A DNA stretch of 54,697 bases, from assembly GCA_027604505.1 (NCBI GenBank), contig JADIIX010000145.1:1-54697 (forward strand), in the 5' to 3' direction. Shown piece by piece: positions 25,801-39,504 of this stretch. This DNA comes from Gonapodya sp. JEL0774. Taxonomy: Eukaryota. The notes beneath the pieces were generated by a model. That model was given only the letters and a program-made list of their open reading frames with translations, was not told the origin of the DNA and made no database searches. Position numbers and translations under genes: made by a program. Each line of letters begins with the position of its first letter. The first letter of the stretch is position 1.

Positions 25801-26712
25801 AGCACATACTTTTGGAGTTGCGGAGGCTGAAGGGTGGGTTGCGCCGGGACCGTTACTGCCGCACAACAGTTTGGATTTTGTGTTTCACCTCCTCTCTACA
25901 ATGAAGCAAGGCCGAGAACTCACTCTCCACCAATTATGTCGGAGAGGTTACTCTCTGGTCCTCGCTCTTCGTCGCTCGCATAATCCACGGCAAAACCATC
26001 ATCATCGTTATCTTCAAGTGACGCTTTCTGTCAGGAAATTATCAAGGGTTGCGTGTGTGGATTCATTGTGAGGTTCGTATAGCTAGGCTGAAGGCATGCG
26101 ACAGCCCACTTTTCGCCTTTTGGGAGCATTATCGTCGAGTGTTTGAGTGCTGGTCCTGATCTGCCGTACGCGTCTAGCACGGGCTTCTTCCTTTCGTTGT
26201 CGTTGCTCAAGAGCTTTTCTGACGCCATCTTGAAGAATCTTGGTTTGATGGGCCTTGACCCACTCAGGTTCTAGATCGCCAACAAATGAGTTTACGTTTG
26301 ACCACGAAAGTGGCAATTCGCAGGTATTAACACGGTCGGGCGCACCATCATCGTCTTGATCGCCTGCTTCGGGAGCTCCAGCCACCGTGGGGTTCAAATC
26401 ACGCTCCAACAACGTTTTGGATCGCACCTCGTTGTCGTGGAGCCATTGTAGGGCAGAGCAGAGCACAGACAGGGTTTTACCAGTACCAGTGGGACTTTCC
26501 AAAAGAATGACTTTCTTTTTTGTCTCAATGCCGGAGTAGAGAGCCTGCAGTGTAATGAAAAACGGATTGGATGAACCAATGAAGGAGCAACGGCATCCTC
26601 GAGCAGCGATGAGAATAATGCGGACCTGCATGAACTGAATCTGGATGTCGTATGGTGCATCATAAGGGAATAGGGGGAAATGGGTGCGTGACAGGGGAAG
26701 CAGTGACTCCAT
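22768..26712 (-). CDS. CHL1: Chl1/DDX11 Fe-S DNA helicase (XPD family)
   Basis: [91 protein letters not shown]. The last exon is inferred (see finding on the Get3 overlap). Confidence 0.94.
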
Positions 26713-26844
26713 CGTGTGGGATGTTCTTCAATAGACTGTGGACCGTGATCTTGCCCCTTGGTGCTGGTGACCACAGTATAGTATGGGTTCTTCAATGGAC
26801 TCCCATTTCACTACACCCCCCACATCGCAGCCAATCCCGGTCAG

Positions 26845-27313
26845 ATGCTCTATGAGCTGGTCTGCATTGCACGCAGCCAGGGCCAGGTATACATCCCATC
26901 CATCAATCCCCCTTCTCAAACCCCCCTTAATCATAACATTCTCCTTCCCACAGGATGCCGTCCGCGACTTGGTTCGGCAGAGCTCCCTCTTTATCATGGA
27001 CAATAACGGAGTCGTGAGAGGTTTCCAAAATATGGGCGCCAATTTACCCCTCTACCAGCGGATAAAGGCCCATCAGGAATGGCATACTCATGGGTGGTAC
27101 GTTTGCCTTGGTTTTCAGAAACCGCACTCACCAACTTGGGCTCGAACTTTACTGTCACTTCAATATCCGAACATTCGTTCTAAAAGGTATTGGTCTATGC
27201 AATTTGACTCCAGTCCAAACACCATGCTCTCTTTGCTCAACAATCTAAAACTCGACGAACGAGTAGTACGGGCCACCACCATTGCAATTAAAACCCCTAT
27301 GTACAAGTCATAA
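26845..27313 (+). CDS. MRP17: Mitochondrial ribosomal protein bS6m (Mrp17/MRPS6)
   Basis: Spliced product MLYELVCIAR...IMDNNGVVRGF...LYQRIKAHQEWH...YWSMQFDSSP...LKLDERVVR; two GT-AG introns. Confidence 0.88.
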
Positions 27314-27343
27314 TGATAATTCTTTCTCTAAGATACGATTCCG

Positions 27344-28704
27344 TTACTCCAACTCGAGTCGGTACTCCTTCGTGTCACCGGGAACTCTCAAAGGTCTGGA
27401 TAGCGAAGGCGGTAAATGGTTTTTGCTGGCCAGCGGGGCCTCCCAAGGCTCGATTGAATCCAGCTTGTCGCTTGGCACACTTGTTTGCAAAGTGCCCTGG
27501 AAAGGCAAACGAACCATTCAGCAAAATCGCTCACTACATTTCAGGTCCACTGAACCCATTGTGTCCTCACCCTTTTCACCGCACTGAAACCCAAGCCGCA
27601 TATGCGTGATTCATGGAAGGGAGGGGTTGAGGGGGTGGGGGGTTGGGTAGGGGATGCGAGAACATAGTCATCAAATCACCCTGCCTGCTGCCCGCGTTAC
27701 TGTTTACAGAACTCACATGAAAGCAGACCACTTCGTCCAAAGGCTTCCACACTTTTCCAGCTTCCATAGCTTCTTGAAGCTCATACTTTGGACTGTTAAT
27801 AGTACGATGAATTAGTACCCCAGTACCCAAACGCGCCAATTCCCAGGGATCCGCTTTACTCACTGTCCAAACGGACAATCTGGTCCTTTAGGACAAAAGC
27901 CTGTAATGTAATTTTGGCACAGAGGTTTTCGTACATGTTTATTGCGACACTTCGGGCCTGGGTCATGTTTCCAAGGGTCGGATTCGGGAGGGGGATAGCG
28001 CGGCATGTGAGAAACACAGACCACGTTGGGGTACGACAGGGCGCGAAACCAAGGAGGAGAGAAAGGCTCAACTCTATTTGCGGGATGGAACAAACACAAC
28101 GCGTTCTAGCACTATCCCTCTGGAACCACTGATAATTACCATGTTTGCAAAAACCCCTGTTGTACCAGGGACAATCCTTCACCTTGGAATTGGGGTCGAT
28201 ATGCAAATACTGACACTCGGAGTTGGTGCATTCGCCGTACTTGGTGAAAAACCAGCACTCAGGCATCTTTTTAAGATTGTATTCGTGGAGGAACTCGCAG
28301 TCGTCCCCTTTTTTGCACAAGCCCCGCAGCCAGTGCTTGCAGACAACGGATTTACCAGTGGCATGACGATTCTTGAAGTGGGGAGAGAGGGGAATGAGTG
28401 AGGTTTGACACAGACAAAGTTTCGTGGACTCACTGGACACTTGTCCCCCATTCTGCACCGTCCCAAAATGAAGTACCGACAAATCTCCCCTGTCTGGCTC
28501 TTATCCCTTCTAGCATCGAGGTTTATCTTCATTTCGAACCTGGCGTGGTACGGTGTGTGCGTGGGATCAACCAACCAACTTGGGACTGAAGAGAAGGAGA
28601 ACCCACTTTACGAAATCTTCAAAATCAAAGCGGACGCCCGTCACATCGCTGAGCTCCTCCAGGACTGATCGCTCCGGCAGTGATTGTCGTGCCGTCAGTG
28701 TCAT
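27344..28704 (-). CDS. YTH1: Cleavage and polyadenylation factor Yth1/CPSF30 (five CCCH fingers plus CCHC knuckle)
   Basis: [94 protein letters not shown]. Includes a 13-nt exon at 27571-27583. Confidence 0.95.
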
Positions 28705-28804
28705 TGTGAATGTTGAAAGTTCAATGGTGCTGTAGAATGCCCGTTTTATGGCTTTGCTTTGGTCCACGAAACCTCCACCATCACTCCCCTCCCAACCAGC
28801 TCAC

Positions 28805-30695
28805 ATGGCAGAAACCTTGAAGAAAGTAGATGCATTGTCCGCAACGGACCCCGACCAAGCTATGGTCCTACTCCGAGGGGTCATTTACACCGAAGGTTCC
28901 TTCACACTTCCTGCCCAACGTTGCGCAAGTCAGTCGTTACTCATCCCACCCCACCCAATTAATTCCTCCCAATTATTCAGATGCGACGACGGACCTAGCA
29001 ACGAAAGAAACCGCAGTATTGAAATTGGGGGAGCTGTATGGGAAAACGAGGTGACTTGCGAGTGCTGCAATTCCCACGAGAATATTGCTATGGCTGTTGA
29101 CAGTAGGCAACTGGCGTTTCCAAATCAGGAAATCACGCGAGCTTGCAGAACTCATTCGTACGTCAAGGACGTTCCTGGCTGGATTGCCGAAAGCCAAGAG
29201 CGCGAAAATCGGTCGGTAATGCGTGCGGCAGGGGTCCAATGTTGTTGTCGTGAATTGAACCATTTCAACCGCGTAAATCCGAACGAAATCAGTTCGTACG
29301 CTCACCGACAACTTTGCGGACATTCCTGCGTCCATACCCATTCAAATCGAGGTGTGCAAGGAGACGATTGGATGGGCGGTAGCGGAGAAGCGAATTTTCT
29401 TGAAGCAGTCGCTGGAGACTCGGCTCGTTGCGCTGTAAGATCACTCGAGGTGGCTGTATAAACTCCGATCCATGTGCAACTTGAGTCTTCGTATTTGGAC
29501 CCAGATACCTCGACAACAAACTCTACTCCGATGCACTGTCCCTCATTGCCGCTCTCCTCAAAGAGCTCAAACGTTTAGACGACAAAAATGTACTCATGGA
29601 AGTTCAGCTTCTAGAATCGCGGGTCTACCACGCTCTTCGCAATATCCCTAAATCCCGGGCTGCTCTTACAAGTGCCCGAACATCTGCCAACTCCATTTAC
29701 TGCCCTCCACTGATGCAGGCGGCACTTGATATGCAGAGTGGGATTCTTCATGCTGAGGAGAAGGATTACAAAACAGCGTGAGTAGTTGGTGTTTGATTTT
29801 GAACTCCATCCGTGATTCCGGACGCGATCCTCTCGCCCGGGTCCCAGATACTCTTACTTTTATGAAACTTTTGAGGGATACTCATCCCAAGATGATCCTC
29901 GAGCTGTCCTTGCCCTTAAATACATGTTGCTCTGCAAGATTATGCTCAGTCAGGTACGCGACACCCGAGGGTCTCACAAAACTGTCGCGGTCCACTAACT
30001 CTCGCATTTCGTGAACCGCCAGGCGGAGGACGTACATGGTCTCATCAGTGGGAAGATTGGTCTCAAGTATCAGGGTAGGGACGTGGATGCAATGCGGGCA
30101 GTGGCAACTGCGTACCAGAATCGAGCCTTGGTTGACTTTGAGTCGACGCTGGTGAAATTTAAGGAAGGCGGGTATAATCTCAGAGCCAAAACTTCTACAT
30201 GCATTGACAACGTGATGTTTCTTCTTCTTTTTTCTCTAGAGCTGTCCAATGATCCTATCATCCGCTCCCATCTTGCTGCTTTGTACGACAGTTTGCTAGA
30301 GGGTAATCTGACGCGTATCATTGAACCGTTCTCCCGTGTTGAAATTCAGCACATTGCGGAGCTGGTCAAGTTGCCAACCGCGCAGGTTGAAACCAAGTGA
30401 GCACAGTTGGTGAACAACTCACTCTGGTATGGATTGAACTTCATATTACATTTGATAGGTTGTCGCAAATGATTCTCGACAAGCAACTGAATGGGATTCT
30501 TGATCAAGGCGCTGGCTGTCTCGTCTTGTTTGATGAAACTGAAGCTGATGTGGGTGAAGCTGAAGTGGGAGAAGACCTTTCCGTTGCTGAAAAATTTTGT
30601 TCCATCAGAAAACATACGACTCTTCGATCGAAACAATCAAAATGATGGGACACGTAGTGGACTCGTTATACCAAAAGGCGATTCTTTTGCAATAA
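28805..30695 (+). CDS. RPN6: 26S proteasome lid subunit Rpn6/PSMD11
   Basis: [91 protein letters not shown]. Confidence 0.96.
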
Positions 30696-30772
30696 GAAGC
30701 GCATTTGTTCCACCCGCACGGTCGAACCAAACCATTCGTCCACTTACAATAACAACCACTGTCGCACTAACC

Positions 30773-32151
30773 ATGCGCGATCCCCAGCCCGAACGCAGAG
30801 CAACTACGGGTCTAACGTACCTCAATGTAAATTTGCATTACAGGTAATAAGTGTGATGGATTTTGGAAGTGAGATTGAGTTCCAATGCATGGTGCCTCGG
30901 TGACCATGGCAGGAAGGTATATATGTTCATACCACCGACTAATTGTATGGGTCGCCAGGAAGGCACCGAAGAGACGGTGCTATGGAAAAGTACCTGTGAG
31001 AAGCTTTTGACGTTCGACGAGGCCCGTAGAGCGTCGGAAATTGCACTCAGTCGAGTCAATCGTGCTCTTGCGAAAGTCGTGGCCAGGGCGAATGAAGCCC
31101 GTGAGTTCAGTTCACATCATTGGATATTCCTCTCGAGGAGTGCTAGAAGATAGAAAGAGATGAGATAGCCCTGCTCATACTATGGGATCCTTCGGCAGCT
31201 GTGGGAACGAAAGCTGCCGAGAAGCTCTTGACATACTACAGGGAAGGCTTGCAGAAGGCAGACGAAGAGCTAAAGTACGCCTTCAGTTCATTCTTGATAT
31301 TTTCGATGGCTGCATCAAGATCATTCTTTCCTTAGATTGGCACAAGACGCATCAGAGGCCGTAAATGTATTGATAGCTCTTCGGGATGCTACCGAGAAGG
31401 GTGAGAACCAGCCACCATTCTTTACCAAGCAATTTCTACACTGAAGATTTCTGATAGGCGTCGAGAGAAATCGAAAAAAGCGGAAACTGGACAAGGGTAT
31501 TGTGTCTTCGGTCTCGGGGCCCGTATCCAAGAAATTGCAGTGCGTTCCCACAGTTGTTCGAGTATGTGTTTCATGGCCGTCACCGGTAATCCTCTTGAAG
31601 TGAATCGACTGAATTCGGTTCTCTAATACCCGTTGGTTGTGAGGTGCGTTATATGACATTAAGAAGTGCGATCTTGTAGCTGATGGTTGTAGTATCCAGG
31701 TGGCAGTCAAGCCGCCAGACAAAGATTGGTTGCTGGCGACCGTCATAGCGTATCATGAGCATAAAGACAAGTACGAAGTAGAGGATGTTGAAGAGGACGA
31801 GGACCATCCCGGAACCAAGAAGTGAGTGTATTCTGCGGAGTTTCGCCCGTCCACGAAATTAAGAACTACGGTGTTGGTAGACGTTACATTTTCCCCGTGA
31901 AGTCAATTATTCCTATACCCCATAAGGACGCGCCTCTCGAGTATGAGCACCCAACTCAAGCACACGTGCTCGCTCTTTTTCCAAACACAACTTGCTTTTA
32001 CATTGCGAAAGTGTTAATTCCACCTTCTAAGAATCGGGAAACCCCGGGTCACTACACCCTTTTGTTCGACGACGACAACGAAGAGTTCCGCTTGGTACCC
32101 GCTCGCTTCGTTCTGTCAGTTCCTGCCAGGAATGTCAAATTAAAAACATGA
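30773..32151 (+). CDS. SGF29: SAGA-associated factor 29 (tandem Tudor H3K4me reader)
   Basis: N-terminal helical region, then EVAVK..DWLLATV..KYEVEDVEED and VLALFPNTTCFYIAKV..YTLLFDDD. Start uncertain (ATG 30773 or 30947). Confidence 0.88.
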
Positions 32152-32334
32152 TGACCTAAACATAACGTGGATGAATTCATTTTGTATGATTGTATTCTCA
32201 TTCATTGCTAAATGTACTCGATTATCAAGCATCAATCTTTCAATATTATAGACGTGCAAATCTCAAGTCCTTCTCCGGCAATTAATCACGCCTACCCGAC
32301 GCGCCTTTCTTTGCGGACAGTAATAAAGCACTCC

Positions 32335-33947
<1,613 letters not shown>

Positions 33948-34042
33948 TGTTTGGTTGTCGTACATACCACAACCAGCACAACAGTGAAAGCCCGCCAGCT
34001 TACAAACTTAGCACCACACGCGCGCAACCTGCCATGTGAACG

Positions 34043-35613
34043 ATGCCTCCGACTTCCCTCTCTTTCTTTCTATCGCTGGTGGGGTTCCTAATACTTTTGT
34101 TCTTTGGCGCGAATCAGCCTTTGTACGACGTAGGACATTTTCGATCCACCCCCTCGTTTCTGGAAACAACGGATGACACACCAGAGTTTCTTTCCGTGAA
34201 AACTGTTGTGCAAGATTCCAAATCCGTCTGGAGCGATCCTGGAGGAAGCGGTGGATTGTACGGGAGAGGCTGGGGAGGCGTGCGTCGTCACACTTTTCTG
34301 ACTCACCATCCACTTCTCGATGATGAGCACCAGTATTTGGCTGCAAACATCGATATTAAGATTCTCGTTATTGCATGGAAGCGAACGCTATCACTCCATC
34401 GTTTGCTCAAATCTCTCAATACTGCAGACTATAGTGGCTGGGGATGTGGGACTCTTGATTTAGAGTTCCACATTGATGGAGACGCAAAAAGTGAAGTAAT
34501 CGAACTCGTGAAGAAGTTTCAATGGATTCGGGGAACTAAGCGCATTCACGTACGGACAATTAATGTTGGGTTAAAACAGGTACGGTAAAATCTATCATTT
34601 TACGTTGATGTCGGCGCTCCCAACTTTCTTCGTTTGTCGTTGTACACGCAACAGAATATATTAAGCGCCTGGAGTCCTTCTCCTGAATCCGAGCATTCCT
34701 TCGCGCTTTTCTTTGAGGATGACATTGAAGTTTCGCCGCTATTCTTCCAGTACACCATGTGGTGCATTGCGACATTATTCAAATCAAATAATTCATCCAA
34801 TCGTCGTCTAATGGGTTGCTCTCTTTACACGCCACGGATTGATGAACTGAGCCCCACGCCGGACCCACAGAACCCGCCGGCTTGGACTCCTTCAATGGTG
34901 CTGACACCGAACCCATTACAGCACCCCGATGTACCAAATGGCACGGTGTTCTATTTTCAGCTTCCCTGCAGCTGGGGTGCAGTGTGGCAGGGAGCTCACT
35001 GGTTTCGCTTCTTGCAGTACGCTCGACAACGTGACATGATGGCAACAACACCTGCCGCAATGAACCCTCAAAGCGAACTTTACCAGGTTCTTCACCCTCC
35101 GAGTCTGAGATCGAGCAACTGGGGTGATTCGTGGAAACGGTGGGTTCATGCAATCATTATCAATGTTCAAAAGATCTCTTGAGTTCCGACGATCACCATC
35201 GTAGAGTAATGAACGAGTACATGTACATGTACGGCATGTACTTGCTGTACCCTTCGTTTCCGAATGAAACGTCCTTCTCCACAAACCACTACGAGGCCGG
35301 TGTTCACACCGTCGATGAAGGCCAACATGTCCAAATAGACGACAAACTGCGTTACGAGGGTTTGGTGGACTTCCGGTTCACCGTCCCTCTTTTCTCTGCT
35401 GTCGACAAGTCCAAAGTTCTTCGGTTGCTCCAACACATCAGCTTCAGCCGAGAGGTGTTTGCATCGAGCGCCAAATTAGGTGATCCTATACCGGTAGTAA
35501 ACATTCGGCACGAGTTAGAGCCAAGGGGGAAGGGGGGATTATTCAAAGATGGAGCAGAACTACGAAGACTGTGGGCGGGAGCTTTGGGGAGCGCAAGCGA
35601 TATTGAATTCTAG
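34043..35613 (+). CDS. Type II membrane GT-A-fold glycosyltransferase-like protein of unknown substrate
   Basis: N-terminal hydrophobic anchor; ILVIAWKRTLSLHRLLKSL, FEDDIEVSP (DxD-like), FQLPCSWGAV, SWK, LYPSF..SFSTNH. Two GT-AG introns. Confidence 0.75.
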
Positions 35614-35846
35614 TCCTCTTCGTCCGTTGGAATATCATCTGTACTAGGCTCTACACTGTCCGTTCCTTGTTTGAGTAGCACAGCAGTCAGCTGCTCGTTG
35701 ACTGCATCCTTCACCTCAAGCATCGCCTTCAGAACCTCGGCAATCTCAAGTCCCCCGGAAGCCAATGGACGAGAAAGTGTCCAAGATATATTCGCGCCTG
35801 GCCCGGTCCTCGTATTATCTATGATGCTTGCAACAACGCTCGCCAT
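35610..35846 (-). CDS. Small acidic protein, possible Gon7 (KEOPS/EKC subunit)
   Basis: Intronless 78-aa ORF MASVVASII...IAEVLKAMLEVKDAVNEQLTAVL...DDIPTDEED. The amphipathic helix ending VNxxLT and the acidic tail resemble Gon7 (LTTLQDDINEFLT). Confidence 0.5.
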   Translation of the reverse strand: MASVVASIIDNTRTGPGANISWTLSRPLASGGLEIAEVLKAMLEVKDAVNEQLTAVLLKQGTDSVEPSTDDIPTDEED

Positions 35847-36013
35847 TTGATTCAATATGCAGGCAGTGGGACGAGCCATGAATCCAGGGTTCAAACCACA
35901 AAAGCAACTGGCAGGCGCCTCACTCAGTGGCAATGCCAGTTTCAACTATTTCAGAGTGTTGCGTATGTACATTTTCAAAAGAAAAACAATCTAAGAGTTC
36001 TAGCATATCCCGC

Positions 36014-36695
36014 TCAGATTTCATCAACGTCAAAGTCAACGTCCACTCCGTCGCCTTCGCCCTCAGGGTTCATGTCAGTCTCATTAATCTGCTCGCATTG
36101 ACAGCACATGATATTAAGCACCGCAAGGAGGTGACGGAGCCAGAGCACGACGAAGAAGGATGTGGGGAAGGAAGTTGTCATGTGATGCAGGGTTGGAGGA
36201 GAATCTCGGCCAGATAACCCACCTTCGTGTTCTCAGGCAGTTCCCCATACGCTTTCAGAGTTCTTGCCTCTTCTGCGTTGTACTTCATGATGATGTCTGA
36301 CCGATCATCCTGAAAATCACGCAGCCCGAGCAGCACGACATCTCCCGGAGTGATCCATACTTTCTTCCGGAAAGCACCTCGAATGTGAGCGAGGCGTTTC
36401 TTGCCGTCAGTGCACTGTGTTTCAACCCATCCATTGCCCAGCATCTTTATGACAACAGCGTACTCCTGCCCGTCCTCCTTGAAGACAAGTTCTCTTTTGT
36501 CAGAATCATTCTCGTTCTTACCGCGCTTGCGGTTCTTGCCTCCCTGCAGGTTACCAGACGAATCAAAGTAATGCAAAAAGATAGTGCGCGGGTTGGTTGG
36601 GCGAATGGAGATGATAGTTTGAATAAGTTCCCAACGTCACTTCAACAAGTAGAAAAGGACATTCGCAGACTTGCCTTTCCCTTGTTCTTGGGCAT
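36014..36695 (-). CDS. TIF11: Eukaryotic translation initiation factor 1A
   Basis: [65 protein letters not shown]..acidic tail DFDVDEI*. The first intron (36544-36674) is GC-AG. Confidence 0.97.
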
Positions 36696-36817
36696 TCTGA
36701 AAGGGTGAGGATGATTTGGAGGTTGTGTCTGGAAATCCGGAAAATTTGAAACAAGAACAAAAGACAACCCACGAAACCCTTCCTTTTACCCAACGATTCA
36801 AACCCAAACTCGCCACA

Positions 36818-39353
36818 ATGACGTCTGCCGCTCAGGCAGAGGAGCAAACACTGCTTCTGCAAATAGCGCTTCTAGAAGGTAATCTATTTCCCTGCTATGT
36901 CATTCTCGCCTGGTGCTCCGCAAACTTCCAACACCTTCCATCGTTGTCGTCTGCAGGAGCCCTCAGTAACGATGGCTCATCGCTACCACCTGACACTTTG
37001 GTGCATCCTTCGAAGTATCCTCGAAATCATTCCGGCTATTTCCTGCACGACAAGCCGCGGGTTGGCTCCAGACCAGGAAGGAACCTCACACTTGACACTC
37101 GTAGTCTCTACAGACCTCCCGCAATGGCGAGACGCATCGCCACTGATTCTTACAACAGAAATTTACAAGATAGCAGACTCAATGCTACTCCGCACTCACG
37201 CCATGGCCTTGTAGCAAATCATTCATCTTCATCGTGGATATTCAATGCTCCGACCAACCCGTCCCTTCCCCATAGTTCCACACCTCTCTTTCCAGTCAAA
37301 AGACCGGCTAATGTACTCAAATCCAAGAACATGAAACTTGTCAACTCAACGCCAAACTCAGTTTCCGAAGCTTCTCTAGAAGAACCAACTGTGGATACCG
37401 CGGCGCAAGTAAAATGTGAGAGTTATATTAGTAGGGGAAATAAGCTTGTCCGCATTGGTGCAGGTATGTGAAATTTGGTGACGCCATTTCCATGGCGACG
37501 AGAAAATGACTGAACTGTACATGCCATGCGCTACAAATTTTTCTTTTCTAGGAACACCCCTTCCTCAGTTTACCCTCTCTGTTCGTCGACGAAAGGAGTC
37601 AGCGCCGCAAAGCAATCGTCCTGCCTCCTCTACAAACATCGGACTCGTGAACGCCGCTGAATCCGGGCAGTGGATCAAAAAGCGCGGACATCAAATCATT
37701 AATCGAGCAGCGCTTGCAAGTGTGGCTAAAAGGTGGGTTTGCTTGGAAGCACTCGTTTGGACAGCCGGGAAAATGTTCTTATATCTTTACGCAGCGAAAC
37801 TGTCAAGAGAGAAAGGCTTCGTGTCGCGAAGGTCCGCTCGCAAGCCTTGACTGCGGTGAAACCTGGTACATCAGTTGTCATCAACGGTGCTACGTACCAG
37901 AAAAGTACGCGCGGCAACACCTTTGTCCGAGTTAGTGTTGCTTCACGTATGTTGCTAGTCTTGATTTGGGCTTTCCTGTTTCCATTATCAAGTTTATTAT
38001 GGGGTTACTATGCGAAACTCCGTTTTGTTTAGGTACCTCTAAACCTGCGATCCGCGCTCAGATTATTTCGGTCAATGGCCTCGAATATATTAAGGACCCT
38101 CGCAAGAAGACGTTGAAACTACGGGTGTCCGGTAGGGCTCGAGAAGACGGTCTTTTGGAATGGCTGTCTGTCAATGAGAGTATATGTGGAAACAACTTCA
38201 ATGAAAACATTCCTTCGCGCGCAGGCTCAATGCTACCGGCGACACTTGCGTCCGCAACGATACCTACCCAAAGACATGGGCGACCTCCCAAGACTCTCAA
38301 CATCAATGGAGACGTGTACGTAAGAACAAAAGGTGGTAATCTGAGGCGGATATCGTCTAGGAAACCTCGTCATGCCAGCGACCAGTACTGTCGCTTTTTC
38401 ACTCGATATGGTATGTAGCTCCCTATGTGGTTACTGTCTTATGATTCTTCGATTTACTTCGTTGTGAAGGTCACTGTAGGAAACCGCAGTGCCGCTTCAA
38501 ACACGATCCTGACCACCGAGCATTGTGTACTCGCTTCCTGCGTGGAGTGTGTCCTGCTTCTTCAACGTGTGCCTTCTCGCACCTCCGCACGGATAAAAAC
38601 GCGCCACTTTGCATTCACTTCCAAACAGGGAACTGTCGTCGTGATGACTGTCTCTATCTACACTCTAAGGTTGACCCACGGGGACCGGTATGCACTGCAT
38701 TTGCGAAGATTGGGTGGTGCGATCGGGCGCGGGAGTGTCCTGATCGTCATGTTTATGAGTGTCCCGAGTTTTCGGCCACAGGCAAGTGCGCAAACTCGAA
38801 GTGCAAATTGCCGCATGTGGAGACCGGTGGGTACTTGGCTGGAAAGAAAAGGAAAGCGCCTGTTGTCGCCAATGGGGGTGGCCAATCTTTCCTTGCGAGC
38901 GCTAAACGTCAGCGAACGGACAAGGACAACTGCGAAAGAGGCGGTGAACAAGAAGAAGACGAGGACGATGATGTTGCATTGATTCGCCCGGATTTCGACA
39001 ACATCCTGTTTGCGGACCTCCCTGAGATGGATTCCGGCGATGAGGATTCTGATGAAGTGGAAGATGATCAGAGCTTGACAGAGGAAGATTCGAGCGATGA
39101 AGATGAGGACGATGTGCATGAGGATGCGGATATCGCGGGCGCATTGCATGCTGGCGAAGGCCCGGATGTCGCAGAACAAAACATCTCCGACTCCGAGTCT
39201 CCTGATGTTCAAATCGTCGGTGAGGTTGCGCTGGCGGATGAAGACGAAGATGATGAAGCCCCTGAGGTTATCGAATTGGACGAGGCCGATGGAGACGAGT
39301 TTGATGAAGATAAAATGGATGCTGATGTATTTCCCTTTGCACTATTGAGATGA
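36818..39353 (+). CDS. ZC3H3/Red5-like protein with five C-terminal CCCH zinc fingers and an acidic tail
   Basis: YCRFFTRYG|HC..CRFKHDP, LCTRFLRGVC..CAFSH, CIHFQTGNC..CLYLH, VCTAFAKIGWC..CPDRH, ECPEFSATGKC..CKLPH; repeated I/VNGxxY motifs upstream. Confidence 0.8.
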
Positions 39354-39504
39354 TTTTGAAACAAATATGTAGTGTGTCGTGTACAAATGTTAAAATGGCC
39401 AAAAAAAAAAATGGTTATATCAGAATATGGAAGAAATGAAATGCTGCAAAGCCCCTCAAAACCTTTCAAGGTACGGGGCTTTCAAGTCCACCCCTCGGTG
39501 TATC

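Noticed and set aside
27618..27653. G-quadruplex-like G runs in a YTH1 intron (also in RPL26 introns)
   Set aside because: They are the complement of C-rich tracts that recur in introns throughout this window.
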